A model generated the notes under the pieces. It saw nothing but the letters and a program-made list of their open reading frames with translations, had not been told where the DNA came from and ran no database searches. DNA of 64,000 nucleotides. Source: Clostridiaceae bacterium. GTDB taxonomy: Bacteria; Bacillota; Clostridia; CAYPLH01; DUMO01. The number at the start of each line of letters is the position of its first letter. Position 1 is the first letter of the stretch. The stretch covers positions 1 through 64,000 of the forward strand of contig DUMO01000045.1 in the NCBI GenBank assembly GCA_012839865.1, read 5' to 3'. Positions 10,506-20,553 of the stretch are shown here, piece by piece. The translations under genes and the position numbers were made by a program.

Positions 10506-12884
10506 TCACATGGTAAGTTTAATATAACTCTTTGCCAAAAGTTGCGGCAACTCCGTTATTTTCCGCATTACTACATATCTTTTTACAGGAAACATCAATT
10601 CCAGTTCGCTTAAGGAGTTGTTCTCGGTGGACAGGCAGAAAACAACTATACCGTTTCTTTTTGCTTCAATACAAGCCATTCTTACATCATGCTGGGCATA
10701 TAGCCTATCTGATGTATATCCGTCAGTGTCCTGGGGCTTTCCGTCGGTAATTATTATCATCAGTTTCCTTTCACTGTCCAGCTGCTTAAGCTTGTTTGTT
10801 GTATGCCTGATAGCAGCTCCGATTCTTGTGGAGCCGTTGGGGTGGCATCCTAAAAGCCTTTTTTGCTGCACTTCCTTCCAATCCTCATCAAATTCCTTAA
10901 ATATATAATAGGAACATTTTCCTCTTCCGCCGCCCGTAAATCCGAAAATCCCAAACCTGTCATCCAGCTCCAAAAGGCCCTCCGCAAGCAGAAATGCGGC
11001 AGATTTTTCAATTTCCAATACTTTGCTGTCCTCAACGCTGTCTGCCGTTGAGCCACTGACATCTATTAGCAAGGCTGTTGCAATATCCCTTTCATCTTTG
11101 AATTTTTTGCAGTATATCCTTTCTTCAGGACAAAAACCCGCCTTTTTTTCTACAAGATAGTTAATCAGCCTGTTCAACTGCATTTCGTCTCCTGCAGTCA
11201 TATTATTTCTGGTTCTCAACAAGTCGGGCTTAAGCCTTTCAAAAACCTGGCGTATCTCTTTAGTCTGTTTTTTATCAGGCACCGGGTTCATGCTGAAGTG
11301 AGGCGATTCCATGTAAAAATCTCTAATCTCCTGAACACAGCACCACTCATGGAGATAATCCTGTGTATCATTATTCCATTCATCATAAAGGAATCCTTCC
11401 TGATTGCCACAAGTCTCACTTCCTTCAGTGAGCTCCTTTTGAAAATCCGAATCAGCAAGTTGGATTTTACCCTTATGATCATCACTTTCCTCGAAACCGC
11501 TCCTGCCGCTTTTACCATCTTTGGCGTTATCAAGCCTCCTTGCCTCATCCAGCGGGGGGCCCGGTCTTACCCGGAAGCTGTAATCCGAATAGAAGGACAG
11601 TATTCCTCCATACACATTAAGGTTGACAACGCAGTCCTGGAAAACATCGTAAAAGTTGTCGAGGACCTTTGGCAAATTATCGGCAACATCATAAAAGCTT
11701 GTGCAGGAAAAAGCAATTTCCTTCACTGTTTCGGTGAACTCATTTATCAGGACCGTAAGCTTTTTATCCATACAAAAGGTATAATCTTCACACAGCAGCC
11801 TGTATAAAATCATATGGAAAAGGGAAACCCTTCGCAAAGCAAGATTTTTCTCTTTCTCATAATCAATCATTCTGCCTATAATCCTTTTAGCGCCAGGAAA
11901 AACCTTGCAGGCTGATGAGAGGATTCTGTAAACATCAATAATATAAAACAATTCCTGTGAAATAAAGTCAGCACCCACTCCCCTGGCCTTCAAAAAATAC
12001 CCGGAGGATTCAAAACCCGCCAGCCCGTGAGCTGTCGGAAAACCATTGAAAAGATGCGCAAAGGCATTTATATAGACTGAAGCAAGGTACCACTCCCTGT
12101 TTAGTTTCACGCTGTCAAACATCATGATATCAACCGGTAAATAGAGACCGTTGAACAGGCAGACCGTGGCCGAACCCTTTATTGTCAATTCTTCGGTATC
12201 CAACTCTGATATTTCAAAAATTGAGCCTTCGAATCCGCAAATTCCTTTAAACAAGCGGACAAGCCTTTCCCTTATCTCCTTCTGGCTGCACTTTTTGCTG
12301 ATAATGTCAATCGCCTTTTTTGATGACGCAAGCTCAAGCCTGAAAAATTTCTCTGCTTCTTTAGGCTTGTGGGAAAACATGCGAATTCCCTCGTCTGCAA
12401 ATTCCTTAACTTTCTCCACGGAAACAGCATCTTTGATTTTTTGGTACCCCTCCAGAAAAGCAAGGGCGCATTCTGCTCCAATGCTTTCTTCCACAAGATG
12501 CATGACATTTATAATGAAACGCATTTCAGATGGATTGGCAACCTCAATGCTTCTGTTCCATAACTCAAAATACCGGATTGCAAAATATAGTTTGGTATTT
12601 AAAAGTTTCAGTCCAAAACCTGCCCAGCTCTCCAAAAGGTCCGGTACGGATAAAATCCACGACAATTTTCCCTCCAGTGCCTGAAGAAAAGCGTCGGCTG
12701 CGTGATCGGTGCCAAAATCCTTCCCCACCAATTCCATGTAAGCTCTGTCAAAGGCCAAAAAAGCCCGGTTTTCGTAAGAGGTGTCCAACTGGCCGCTCTG
12801 TTCAATCCTCCCTAAGGCTTCGGCAAACTTTTCTCTATAACCCCATGCAACATTTTTTAATCTCGAGTTCCAACTGGTATGCAT
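10506..12884 (-). CDS. NorD/CbbO-family VWA-domain protein
   Basis: C-terminal VWA with intact MIDAS (LLIDVSGST; STRIGAAIRH; IITDGKP); YDEW motif; follows a CbbQ/NorQ ATPase. Confidence 0.85.
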   Translation of the reverse strand: MHTSWNSRLKNVAWGYREKFAEALGRIEQSGQLDTSYENRAFLAFDRAYMELVGKDFGTDHAADAFLQALEGKLSWILSVPDLLESWAGFGLKLLNTKLYFAIRYFELWNRSIEVANPSEMRFIINVMHLVEESIGAECALAFLEGYQKIKDAVSVEKVKEFADEGIRMFSHKPKEAEKFFRLELASSKKAIDIISKKCSQKEIRERLVRLFKGICGFEGSIFEISELDTEELTIKGSATVCLFNGLYLPVDIMMFDSVKLNREWYLASVYINAFAHLFNGFPTAHGLAGFESSGYFLKARGVGADFISQELFYIIDVYRILSSACKVFPGAKRIIGRMIDYEKEKNLALRRVSLFHMILYRLLCEDYTFCMDKKLTVLINEFTETVKEIAFSCTSFYDVADNLPKVLDNFYDVFQDCVVNLNVYGGILSFYSDYSFRVRPGPPLDEARRLDNAKDGKSGRSGFEESDDHKGKIQLADSDFQKELTEGSETCGNQEGFLYDEWNNDTQDYLHEWCCVQEIRDFYMESPHFSMNPVPDKKQTKEIRQVFERLKPDLLRTRNNMTAGDEMQLNRLINYLVEKKAGFCPEERIYCKKFKDERDIATALLIDVSGSTADSVEDSKVLEIEKSAAFLLAEGLLELDDRFGIFGFTGGGRGKCSYYIFKEFDEDWKEVQQKRLLGCHPNGSTRIGAAIRHTTNKLKQLDSERKLMIIITDGKPQDTDGYTSDRLYAQHDVRMACIEAKRNGIVVFCLSTENNSLSELELMFPVKRYVVMRKITELPQLLAKSYIKLTM

Positions 12885-12900
12885 TTTTGCTCCTGATTCT

Positions 12901-13734
12901 TTATTGTAATTTTTCTTCCTCGAAAAACATTCTTATTATATCTTCAATGGAATTCATGACTTCCGGATCATCTGTCAAGGTCCGGGTAACAGCGGTCTTT
13001 AAGGCAAGCCATGGCGAAAGACCTCCTTTTATCAGTCTTCCTGCATACACCAGCAGTCTGGTGCTTGCCCCTTCAATCAAACCATATCCCTGCAGATTTC
13101 TTATTTTTTCCCCCAGCATTGCAAGGGTTTCGCACATTTCCTCCGGCAGCCGGGTTTCAGATTCAATTATTTTTTTCTCCACCTCAACAGAGGGATGGTT
13201 GAAAATAATGCTCGAGAACCTTTGCTTTGTGCTTTCCTTCAGATTTTTCCTTATGCTCTGGTCCCCTGGATTGAAAGATAAAACCAGCATAAAATCGGGA
13301 TGGGCTTTTAAAACCTCCCCAGTCCTGTCAAGGTACAATATCCTCCTGTCGTCGGTGAGAGAATGTATCAGAACCGTAGTGTCGTTTCTTGCTTCCACAA
13401 TCTCATCCAGGTAGCATATACCTCCATGTCTTACTGCCAGGGTAAGAGGCCCGTCCTGCCAGACAGTCTCCTCCCCCTTTAAAAGATATCTTCCCACAAG
13501 ATCCGAGGATGTCAAATCTTCATGGCAGGATACCGTAATCAAAGGTTGGTTGAGCTTATATGCCATATGCTGCAAAAACCTTGTCTTTCCGCATCCTGTA
13601 GGGCCTTTGATAATAAGAGGAATCCTCTGTCTCCATGCGCTAAGGAATATTTCCTCCTCATTGTCCTGGCTTATATAATTTGGTTTTTCTTTAATCCTGT
13701 ATTCGTTAATCACAGTATTTTTTTCGTTTTTCAT
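12901..13734 (-). CDS. CbbQ/NirQ/NorQ-family AAA+ ATPase (MoxR group)
   Basis: Walker A GPTGCGKT, CHEDLT, WQDGPL, Walker B CYLDEIVEAR, LKESTKQRF, ASTRLL. Confidence 0.92.
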   Translation of the reverse strand: MKNEKNTVINEYRIKEKPNYISQDNEEEIFLSAWRQRIPLIIKGPTGCGKTRFLQHMAYKLNQPLITVSCHEDLTSSDLVGRYLLKGEETVWQDGPLTLAVRHGGICYLDEIVEARNDTTVLIHSLTDDRRILYLDRTGEVLKAHPDFMLVLSFNPGDQSIRKNLKESTKQRFSSIIFNHPSVEVEKKIIESETRLPEEMCETLAMLGEKIRNLQGYGLIEGASTRLLVYAGRLIKGGLSPWLALKTAVTRTLTDDPEVMNSIEDIIRMFFEEEKLQ

Positions 13735-13960
13735 GTGTTCCCCCTGCAACTTTTATGCCATAAATATTAGCGTTATACTTCATACGCAAAATGAGTTAAT
13801 ATACATTTTACCATAATCAAAGCATGAATAACTATTACGGAAGTAAAAAAACTTGACAAGAGGGCACTAGATGTTTTACAGAAATTTATATTAAACAATT
13901 ACGCATGGCCGACATTGCCAAGAACAGCAAACCGTGTAAAAGAAATGTATGCAATATGTT

Positions 13961-14434
13961 TCACATATTAGCTTCCGCAAATTTTTCATACTCTTTCAGG
14001 ACATGGGGGTTGGTTTCAAAAAAATTATTCAAAAGGTCAATTTTGGCCAGCGTATCTGCGCTGATATTGTGTTCAATCAACTCGGTTTCTTTCAGCAGAT
14101 TTTCAGTTATACCTATGCTTCTTAGGAATCTTTCAATGACATTATGCCTGAACAAAAGAAATTCTCCATACTTTTTGCCGCTTTCTGTAAGGGAAATGAT
14201 TCCGTACTTCTGATATTCCAAAAGCTTGAGTTCGGCAAGCTTCTGGACCATTTTGGTTGCAGAGGAAGGCTTTACATTTAAAAGCTCCGCCAGGGCATTA
14301 ATACGCATATACCCTTTTTCACCGGCGTTTCTGTAAATCATTTCAAGATAGTCTTCCATGGCGGAAGTCAAAATTTTATCTTCCTGTTTCAGCAATTGAT
14401 ATCCACGTACAGTGTAAAATTCATTATTATTCAT
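13961..14434 (-). CDS. DtxR/MntR-family metal-dependent repressor
   Basis: AMEDYLEMIY, HNVIERFL, ETELIEH. Confidence 0.9.
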   Translation of the reverse strand: MNNNEFYTVRGYQLLKQEDKILTSAMEDYLEMIYRNAGEKGYMRINALAELLNVKPSSATKMVQKLAELKLLEYQKYGIISLTESGKKYGEFLLFRHNVIERFLRSIGITENLLKETELIEHNISADTLAKIDLLNNFFETNPHVLKEYEKFAEANM

Positions 14435-14544
14435 TTTAAAATATCCTTCCCGGCAACGTTAAAATTCTGGTTGCCGCATTGTCATTCTAAATATATTCGT
14501 AACACTATCATTCTATGTAACATATATTAGTCTTGAGAAAATAA

Positions 14545-14561
14545 TTTAGGCGCAGCTTAAA
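14545..14561. promoter_or_regulatory. Candidate DtxR/MntR-family operator upstream of feoA
   Basis: TTTAGG-CGCAG-CTTAAA, a near-palindrome resembling TTAGG-N-CCTAA boxes, between divergent dtxR and feoA. Confidence 0.55.
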
Positions 14562-14605
14562 AAGATAATATAACCCTTTGACATAATCAGGCCGGAGGTC
14601 ATGCC

Positions 14606-14848
14606 ATGAATAATCAATATATTCCTTTAAACAGTCTTCCCATAGGGAAAAAAGCAAGAGTGAAAGCCCTTGTGTCCGACGGAAACTTACGCAGGAGAAT
14701 GCTGGACTTTGGGCTTATTTCAGACACACTGGTTGAAGCGCTGCAAAAAAGTCCCTCAGGTGACCCTGTAGCATATCATATTCGAGGAGCGGTTATTGCA
14801 CTTCGTTCTGAAGAAGCCAGCCAGATTATAGTGGAACCAACTTATTAA
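14606..14848 (+). CDS. feoA: Ferrous iron transport protein A
   Basis: RRMLDFGL, SPSGDPVAYHIRGAVIALR. Confidence 0.93.
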   Translation: MNNQYIPLNSLPIGKKARVKALVSDGNLRRRMLDFGLISDTLVEALQKSPSGDPVAYHIRGAVIALRSEEASQIIVEPTY

Positions 14849-14861
14849 GGAGTTTCTTGTC

Positions 14862-17024
14862 ATGGGTCTTACAAAACAATCTACAGGCACAGGCGTTTTG
14901 GACAGTGTACTTCGTATTGAACACAATATTCCCGGAAGCAAGGTAATTGCTCTGGCCGGGAATCCTAATGTAGGTAAAAGCACAGTTTTCAACAGCCTTA
15001 CCGGGTTGAATCAACATACCGGCAACTGGCCGGGAAAAACAGTTGCCAGCGCCCAGGGTAAAATTAAACATAAAGGAATTTCCTTCACCATGGTTGACAT
15101 ACCGGGTACATATTCTCTTATGGCAAACTCTGCAGAAGAAGAGGTTGCCAGGGATTTCATATGTTTCGGGAAACCCGGTGCAATCGTTATTGTTACAGAT
15201 GCCACATGCCTGGAACGCAACATGAACCTGGTTCTTCAAACACTGGAAATCAGCGACAGGGTTGTTATCTGTGTCAATCTTATTGATGAAGCCCAAAGAA
15301 AGAAAATTTCAATTGATTATAAAGAACTTTCAAAGGAGCTTGGGGTACCGGTAATTCCTACCAATGCCCGAAGCAATTACGGACTTGATAAACTGATGGA
15401 TGCAGTTTACGATATTGCCATCGGCGAACCTGGTACCAGGCCTGTTTCCATAACATACGACGATGAAATTGAGACGGCAATAAAAATACTGAGTCCCAGG
15501 ATTTCCGAGCTTGCCGGCGGCAGTCTCAACGCCCGCTGGGTTGCCCTGAAGTTAATTGAAGGGGATGCCTCCCTTTTAAAATCTCTTAATGAATATCTTG
15601 GTCTGGACATAACAAAAGATGAAGCCCTTTTGGAGCTTCTTGACACTGTAAAGGAAAAAATATTCAATAATATGGACCCGGGCTTGCTAAGAGACAGGAT
15701 GGTATCAGGATTGGTGCATATGGCAGAGAGAATTTGCAAACGCACAGTACATTTTCAGGATGCACATTATGACAACATGGACAGAAAAATCGACCGCATA
15801 TTGACTTCCCGCGTCCTTGGTATACCAATTATGATCGGGCTTCTGGCATTTATTTTCTGGCTTACAATAACAGCAGCAAATGTTCCTTCAGAAATAATTG
15901 CCTCATTCCTTTTCCGGATTGAAGAACACCTGACTGCTTTTTTCATCCGTCAGGGGCTTCCCGGCTGGGTCCATGGAGTGCTTGTCCTGGGCATCTACAG
16001 AACGGTGGCGTGGGTTGTATCAGTCATGCTTCCCCCAATGGCAATATTCTTTCCATTTTTTACGCTGCTTGAAGACCTTGGGTATTTGCCCAGAATAGCT
16101 TTCAACCTTGATAATTTTTTCAAAAAGGCATGTGCCCATGGCAAACAGGCACTGACCATGTGCATGGGTTTCGGTTGCAATGCCGCCGGTGTGATAGGAT
16201 GCAGAATCATTGACTCCCCAAGGGAACGGCTGATTGCAACTCTAACAAACAATTTTGTGCCTTGCAACGGGCGTTTTCCAACCCTTATAGCGATTATTGC
16301 CATGTTCTTTGCCAAATCACACCTTGGAGCTCTGCAGCCTGTTGTTTCAACCTTGCTTTTAACCGGGATTGTTGTGTTGGGTATTGCTATAACATTGTTT
16401 ATATCAAAAATACTTTCAAAAACCATATTAAAAGGCATTCCTTCATCCTTTGCCCTGGAACTTCCTCCCTACAGGAAACCTCAGATAGGCAGGATTATTA
16501 TAAGATCCATTCTTGACAGAACAGTCTTTGTACTTGGCCGTGCTGTTATGGTAGCTGCACCGGCGGGTCTTATAATCTGGGTAATGGCCAATATTAATAT
16601 CGGCGGTTATAGTATTCTGGCTTATTGCACAAGTTTTCTTGATCCCTTTGCCACGTTAATCGGACTGGACGGAAGCATTCTGATGGCTTTCATACTTGGC
16701 TTTCCGGCAAATGAAATAGTAATCCCGATTGTTATCATGAGTTACATGTCTTCGGGAAGCATACATGAACTTGGCAGTCTGATTGAGTTGAAAGAACTTT
16801 TGGTCTCCAACGGCTGGACGTGGGTGACGGCAATATGCGTCATGATTTTCTCATTAATGCACTGGCCTTGCGGCACCACCTTGTGGACAATAAGAAAAGA
16901 AACCCAAAGCTGGAAATGGACAATAGCATCTTTCCTTATCCCAACCCTGACGGGCATTATTATATGTTTTGTCGTGGCAGGCACTGCCCGCCTGTTGGGG
17001 CTTGGAGGTTTTCAGGGCTTATAG
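14862..17024 (+). CDS. feoB: Ferrous iron transport protein B
   Basis: GNPNVGKS, GNWPGKT, DIPGTYS, GFGCNA, PCNGR, many TM helices. Confidence 0.95.
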   Translation: MGLTKQSTGTGVLDSVLRIEHNIPGSKVIALAGNPNVGKSTVFNSLTGLNQHTGNWPGKTVASAQGKIKHKGISFTMVDIPGTYSLMANSAEEEVARDFICFGKPGAIVIVTDATCLERNMNLVLQTLEISDRVVICVNLIDEAQRKKISIDYKELSKELGVPVIPTNARSNYGLDKLMDAVYDIAIGEPGTRPVSITYDDEIETAIKILSPRISELAGGSLNARWVALKLIEGDASLLKSLNEYLGLDITKDEALLELLDTVKEKIFNNMDPGLLRDRMVSGLVHMAERICKRTVHFQDAHYDNMDRKIDRILTSRVLGIPIMIGLLAFIFWLTITAANVPSEIIASFLFRIEEHLTAFFIRQGLPGWVHGVLVLGIYRTVAWVVSVMLPPMAIFFPFFTLLEDLGYLPRIAFNLDNFFKKACAHGKQALTMCMGFGCNAAGVIGCRIIDSPRERLIATLTNNFVPCNGRFPTLIAIIAMFFAKSHLGALQPVVSTLLLTGIVVLGIAITLFISKILSKTILKGIPSSFALELPPYRKPQIGRIIIRSILDRTVFVLGRAVMVAAPAGLIIWVMANINIGGYSILAYCTSFLDPFATLIGLDGSILMAFILGFPANEIVIPIVIMSYMSSGSIHELGSLIELKELLVSNGWTWVTAICVMIFSLMHWPCGTTLWTIRKETQSWKWTIASFLIPTLTGIIICFVVAGTARLLGLGGFQGL

Positions 17025-17051
17025 TTGACATGGCTGATTAAAGAACAATAA

Positions 17052-17498
17052 CCTCAAATAACCGCATTTGCAAGGATAAACTCAACTGGTATCTATGAAT
17101 TGTGCACAGAAGAACAGGGCAAAGGCATCAACCCCGAATACGGACTGGAAGTGTGGCAGACTTTGTTGATAAATAGCGTGATACCCAAAAAAGAGTATGT
17201 TGATTTTGCTCTGAATCATATTAACTGGATATTGGGAATAAATCCGAGAAATCTTTGTATGATGAAAGGAATAGGTACCAACAACCCAAGAATAAGACCG
17301 GGCGGCACCCTTGACGGATGCATTTGCCATGGTATTATAGCAGATCATGAGTTTGACAGGCCATGGCTTGGCATCTGGATGGATGATAAACTGGACTGGC
17401 ACAAAGATTACATTGCCGGTTATAAAATCTGGGCTCAGGGAGAAGCACTTATAAGGGGCACCTCCTGTTTCATGATGGGATTATCCTTGCTGAAATAG
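17052..17498 (+). pseudogene. C-terminal remnant of a GH9-like (alpha/alpha)6 glycoside hydrolase
   Basis: FALNHINWILGINPRNLCMMKGIGTNNP...GCICHGI resembles the GH9 C-terminus; in-frame TAA at 17049-51; no SD or credible start. Confidence 0.65.
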
Positions 17499-17557
17499 CT
17501 GTATAATGCTGTTTTGAAAAAATTACATAAAAATATTATAAAAAAATTGGTAATCTA

Positions 17558-17586
17558 TTGACATGTGACAAAATGTCTACTATAAT
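17558..17586 (+). promoter_or_regulatory. Perfect-consensus SigA promoter
   Basis: TTGACA-17 bp-TATAAT. Confidence 0.85.
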
Positions 17587-17592
17587 AAGACT

Positions 17593-17737
17593 GTGGCTAA
17601 ACGTAACAAATGATCGCAAAATGCGATTATGGCTTGGTGTTGGTGTTGGTGTTAATGTGCACCGAGTGTTGGTGCAAGTACTGGTTCTTTTTATACAGTA
17701 CTATGAAATAGGCAGTATTTGACTGCCTCTTTTTTTT
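17593..17737 (+). ncRNA. Structured leader/small RNA ending in an intrinsic terminator (attenuator-like)
   Basis: Hairpins at 17611-29, 17658-76, 17677-702; terminator AGGCAGT-ATTTG-ACTGCCT plus U-run (17710-37); (TTGGTG)x3. Start site estimated from the promoter. Confidence 0.65.
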
Positions 17738-17746
17738 GGGCAAAAA

Positions 17747-20194
17747 TCAACGCTTCCGGCTATAATACAATCCCACGCTGTTTTTTTTCACCGAACTATC
17801 CATGCTTTTTTCACATTTGCATTTTTCCCTGTATCTTTTCGGTGTACATCCAAACATCATTTTAAACCTGCTGATAAAATACTGGGGAGTGGAATACCCC
17901 ATAATATCCGAAATTTCCTCCACTTTCAGGTCCGTATTTAACAGCAGGTTCCGGCAATGGTTAAGTTTAAGGTTGGTAAGATAATCTATAAACTTTACTC
18001 CCGTCTCGTTCTTAAAAACCCTGCTCAGATATTTGTAATTGATTCCCAGCTCATTGGCAACATACTCCAGTGAAAGCTGATTGTTCTGGATATTTTCTTC
18101 AATGAACTCCTGAATTTTCATAACCAGTTCCCTGCTGTCGCAAGATGTGCTTTCAATCCTTTTAAAGGCTTGGCAAATAACTTCTTTCATCCATACTTCA
18201 AATTCCAATATATTGCTTGTATTTAAAAAGCCCTTATCCAGACTCATCTCTTCTCCAACCTGAGTGCAGATAAAATCTTCAACAATCGAAACGCAGTTAG
18301 CTAAAGTATTATATATCTGCTGGTAACTGTAGTCTCCCCCGCGAAGGGCCTGCACCAGTCCTTCCAGGTCACTTTTGCTTCTGTCGTAATCCAGGCTCCT
18401 GAGTGAATTGCATAGGTTGTTCAAAAGCAGCTTGTTGGAGAAAGAACGCTTTTCTTCAAGGCTTATAATATCCGTAAAGGTATAAAGGGTTTTTTCAGGA
18501 AAAACATAACTGTAATTCAGCCCGCTGAGAGCTATTTTATATGAAGTATTCATATGCACAAGATTGGTGTCTGTCTTGCCAAAGGAAATATATTTCAATA
18601 TGACCATACTTTCCGGAGACTCTTTGTTTGTGGTCTCCAAAAATCTGTACCCAAGCTGATGCAGATTTTCCACCGTAAAATCAAAATTGAAAAGCACCGC
18701 AATAATGTTGTCCTTTTCGTAAAAAAGGCATTTTGACTGGGGTGTTGTAAATACTTCATCAAGTTTGGAACATATATTAAGTTTCTCATACTCATAAGTG
18801 ACAACATTCTGGGTATCTTTAAGCTTTTCAAGCTTTATGGCGGCGGCACAGAAAAAGTTATATGGAAAGGTTATGTCCAACACCTTCATCCTGGCTCTTA
18901 TTTCTTCCAATTCCGGCGGGGTATCTGAAAAAAGTGAGCTCAGAAAGTTCATTTTCAGCGTAGGAAACACTTTTTTCAACTCCTGCTCCTTTTTCAGCAT
19001 TATGCTCTCCATGTTGTTTATCGTTCCACTGATTAATGAATATTCATTATGCTCCTTGACTTTATGGAAGTATGGGCTCCTTAAACAATAATCAACAATA
19101 GATTTAATAGGTTTGGCTAGCTGCTTTGTTTCGGCAAATGATACAATGAGTCCTATCAGTACTGAAATCAACGCCACCAGTATAGTTGCCTTAAGTATAT
19201 AATCAGATACGGATGAAATTGCTTCCATAGGTGTTACCGAAACATACATCCAATTGCTGTATGACGACGGTTCATATGATACAACAAAGGGGATGCCCTC
19301 CACCCTGGTTATAAAGTAACCGGATTTTTTACGATTTTCCGTCAATTCTTTATCATACTGCAGCTCATTAATATTCTGACCAATCAGCGTGTGGTCGGTA
19401 TGAGAGATTATTGTTCCGTCTTCATTAAAAATAAATACGCTCCCCAAATCCTCCGGCATGCTTTGATCCAAAAAACTTTTGAAAATGTCTCCGCTCACCG
19501 TAACAACTACCGCACATCTAACACTTCTGTTGTATCCATAATTCACTCTTACAGCATGTATTATTGTTTCAGGATATTTGTTGTACAAAACATCAGAATA
19601 TTGGATTCCAAGGTTTTTGCCGTAATCAAAAAACAGAAGCATATTATCTTCGTCTACAGGTTCACTTTGGGATGCCTTTAAAACAATATTGTAATAATGG
19701 CTGAGATCCTGTTGAGATTCAAGATCCCGGTAAAGGGAATGCCGTATATAATCAGTGGAAATCAAAAGGTTGCTGTTTGAATAGTAAATTGAAAGTGAAT
19801 AAACAAGCGGATTTAAAACACTCATACTGGACAGGTATTTTGATACTTCCATTGTCTCCGGAAGTATATGCTCCAATGGCTCATTGAAATACCGGTAAAG
19901 ATAATAATTGCTGTTAACGTCATGCATTACTTTTAATGAAAAATCCCGTACCGTATCAATCAGCGCTAAATCTATACTTCTCCTGTATTGATTCAGGAGT
20001 TTGTTGTTTGAAGATATTATGCGGTCGGTCAGGTATTGTTCAACAATTTTATATGATAAAAGTCCCATAACAAATGTGCAGATAATAATTATCGATATAA
20101 AAGAAAACAGCAAAGAAGGTTCAAATGTTGAACAGTGTTTTTTAAGCCTGATTATGTATGAATGCAACAAATCTTTCAACTTATACAACCCCAT
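17747..20194 (-). CDS. YesS-like membrane-anchored AraC-family regulator
   Basis: Two TM segments flanking a Cache-like domain; C-terminal double HTH (LSLEYVANELGINYKYLSRVFK...GYSTPQYFISRFK). Confidence 0.88.
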   Translation of the reverse strand: MGLYKLKDLLHSYIIRLKKHCSTFEPSLLFSFISIIIICTFVMGLLSYKIVEQYLTDRIISSNNKLLNQYRRSIDLALIDTVRDFSLKVMHDVNSNYYLYRYFNEPLEHILPETMEVSKYLSSMSVLNPLVYSLSIYYSNSNLLISTDYIRHSLYRDLESQQDLSHYYNIVLKASQSEPVDEDNMLLFFDYGKNLGIQYSDVLYNKYPETIIHAVRVNYGYNRSVRCAVVVTVSGDIFKSFLDQSMPEDLGSVFIFNEDGTIISHTDHTLIGQNINELQYDKELTENRKKSGYFITRVEGIPFVVSYEPSSYSNWMYVSVTPMEAISSVSDYILKATILVALISVLIGLIVSFAETKQLAKPIKSIVDYCLRSPYFHKVKEHNEYSLISGTINNMESIMLKKEQELKKVFPTLKMNFLSSLFSDTPPELEEIRARMKVLDITFPYNFFCAAAIKLEKLKDTQNVVTYEYEKLNICSKLDEVFTTPQSKCLFYEKDNIIAVLFNFDFTVENLHQLGYRFLETTNKESPESMVILKYISFGKTDTNLVHMNTSYKIALSGLNYSYVFPEKTLYTFTDIISLEEKRSFSNKLLLNNLCNSLRSLDYDRSKSDLEGLVQALRGGDYSYQQIYNTLANCVSIVEDFICTQVGEEMSLDKGFLNTSNILEFEVWMKEVICQAFKRIESTSCDSRELVMKIQEFIEENIQNNQLSLEYVANELGINYKYLSRVFKNETGVKFIDYLTNLKLNHCRNLLLNTDLKVEEISDIMGYSTPQYFISRFKMMFGCTPKRYREKCKCEKSMDSSVKKNSVGLYYSRKR

Positions 20195-20553
20195 CCCCCC
20201 GGTACAAATATCATATCATCAGCAGTATCACTTCTTACATGTTAAGACCAAGACCCATGTGAAAAATAAATTTTTTCTTCGACGGTATTTATTGCATTCC
20301 AAATATTAGAGTATAATATATAATATATTACATCCAGGTTCTATCATTTTAAAAGAATATTTTTCTTCTGTCCGAATTTAATTATAGCATAAATTTCGGA
20401 AATATTTAAAAATAATAATGATTAAAATCCATGATAAGTTCCAAAATTGTTATATCGGAATTATTGTTATTTTTTACCCCTTTCCCTATAAAACCCGCTT
20501 GTAGGGCAGCTTTTAGATAAAAATTACAATATTTTCGCTTGAATTTATCAACA

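Noticed and set aside
17658..17676. GCACCGAG..GGTGC hairpin resembling the 3' hairpin of Cas9 tracrRNA
   Set aside because: There is no anti-repeat, cas9 or array, and the match is too short.
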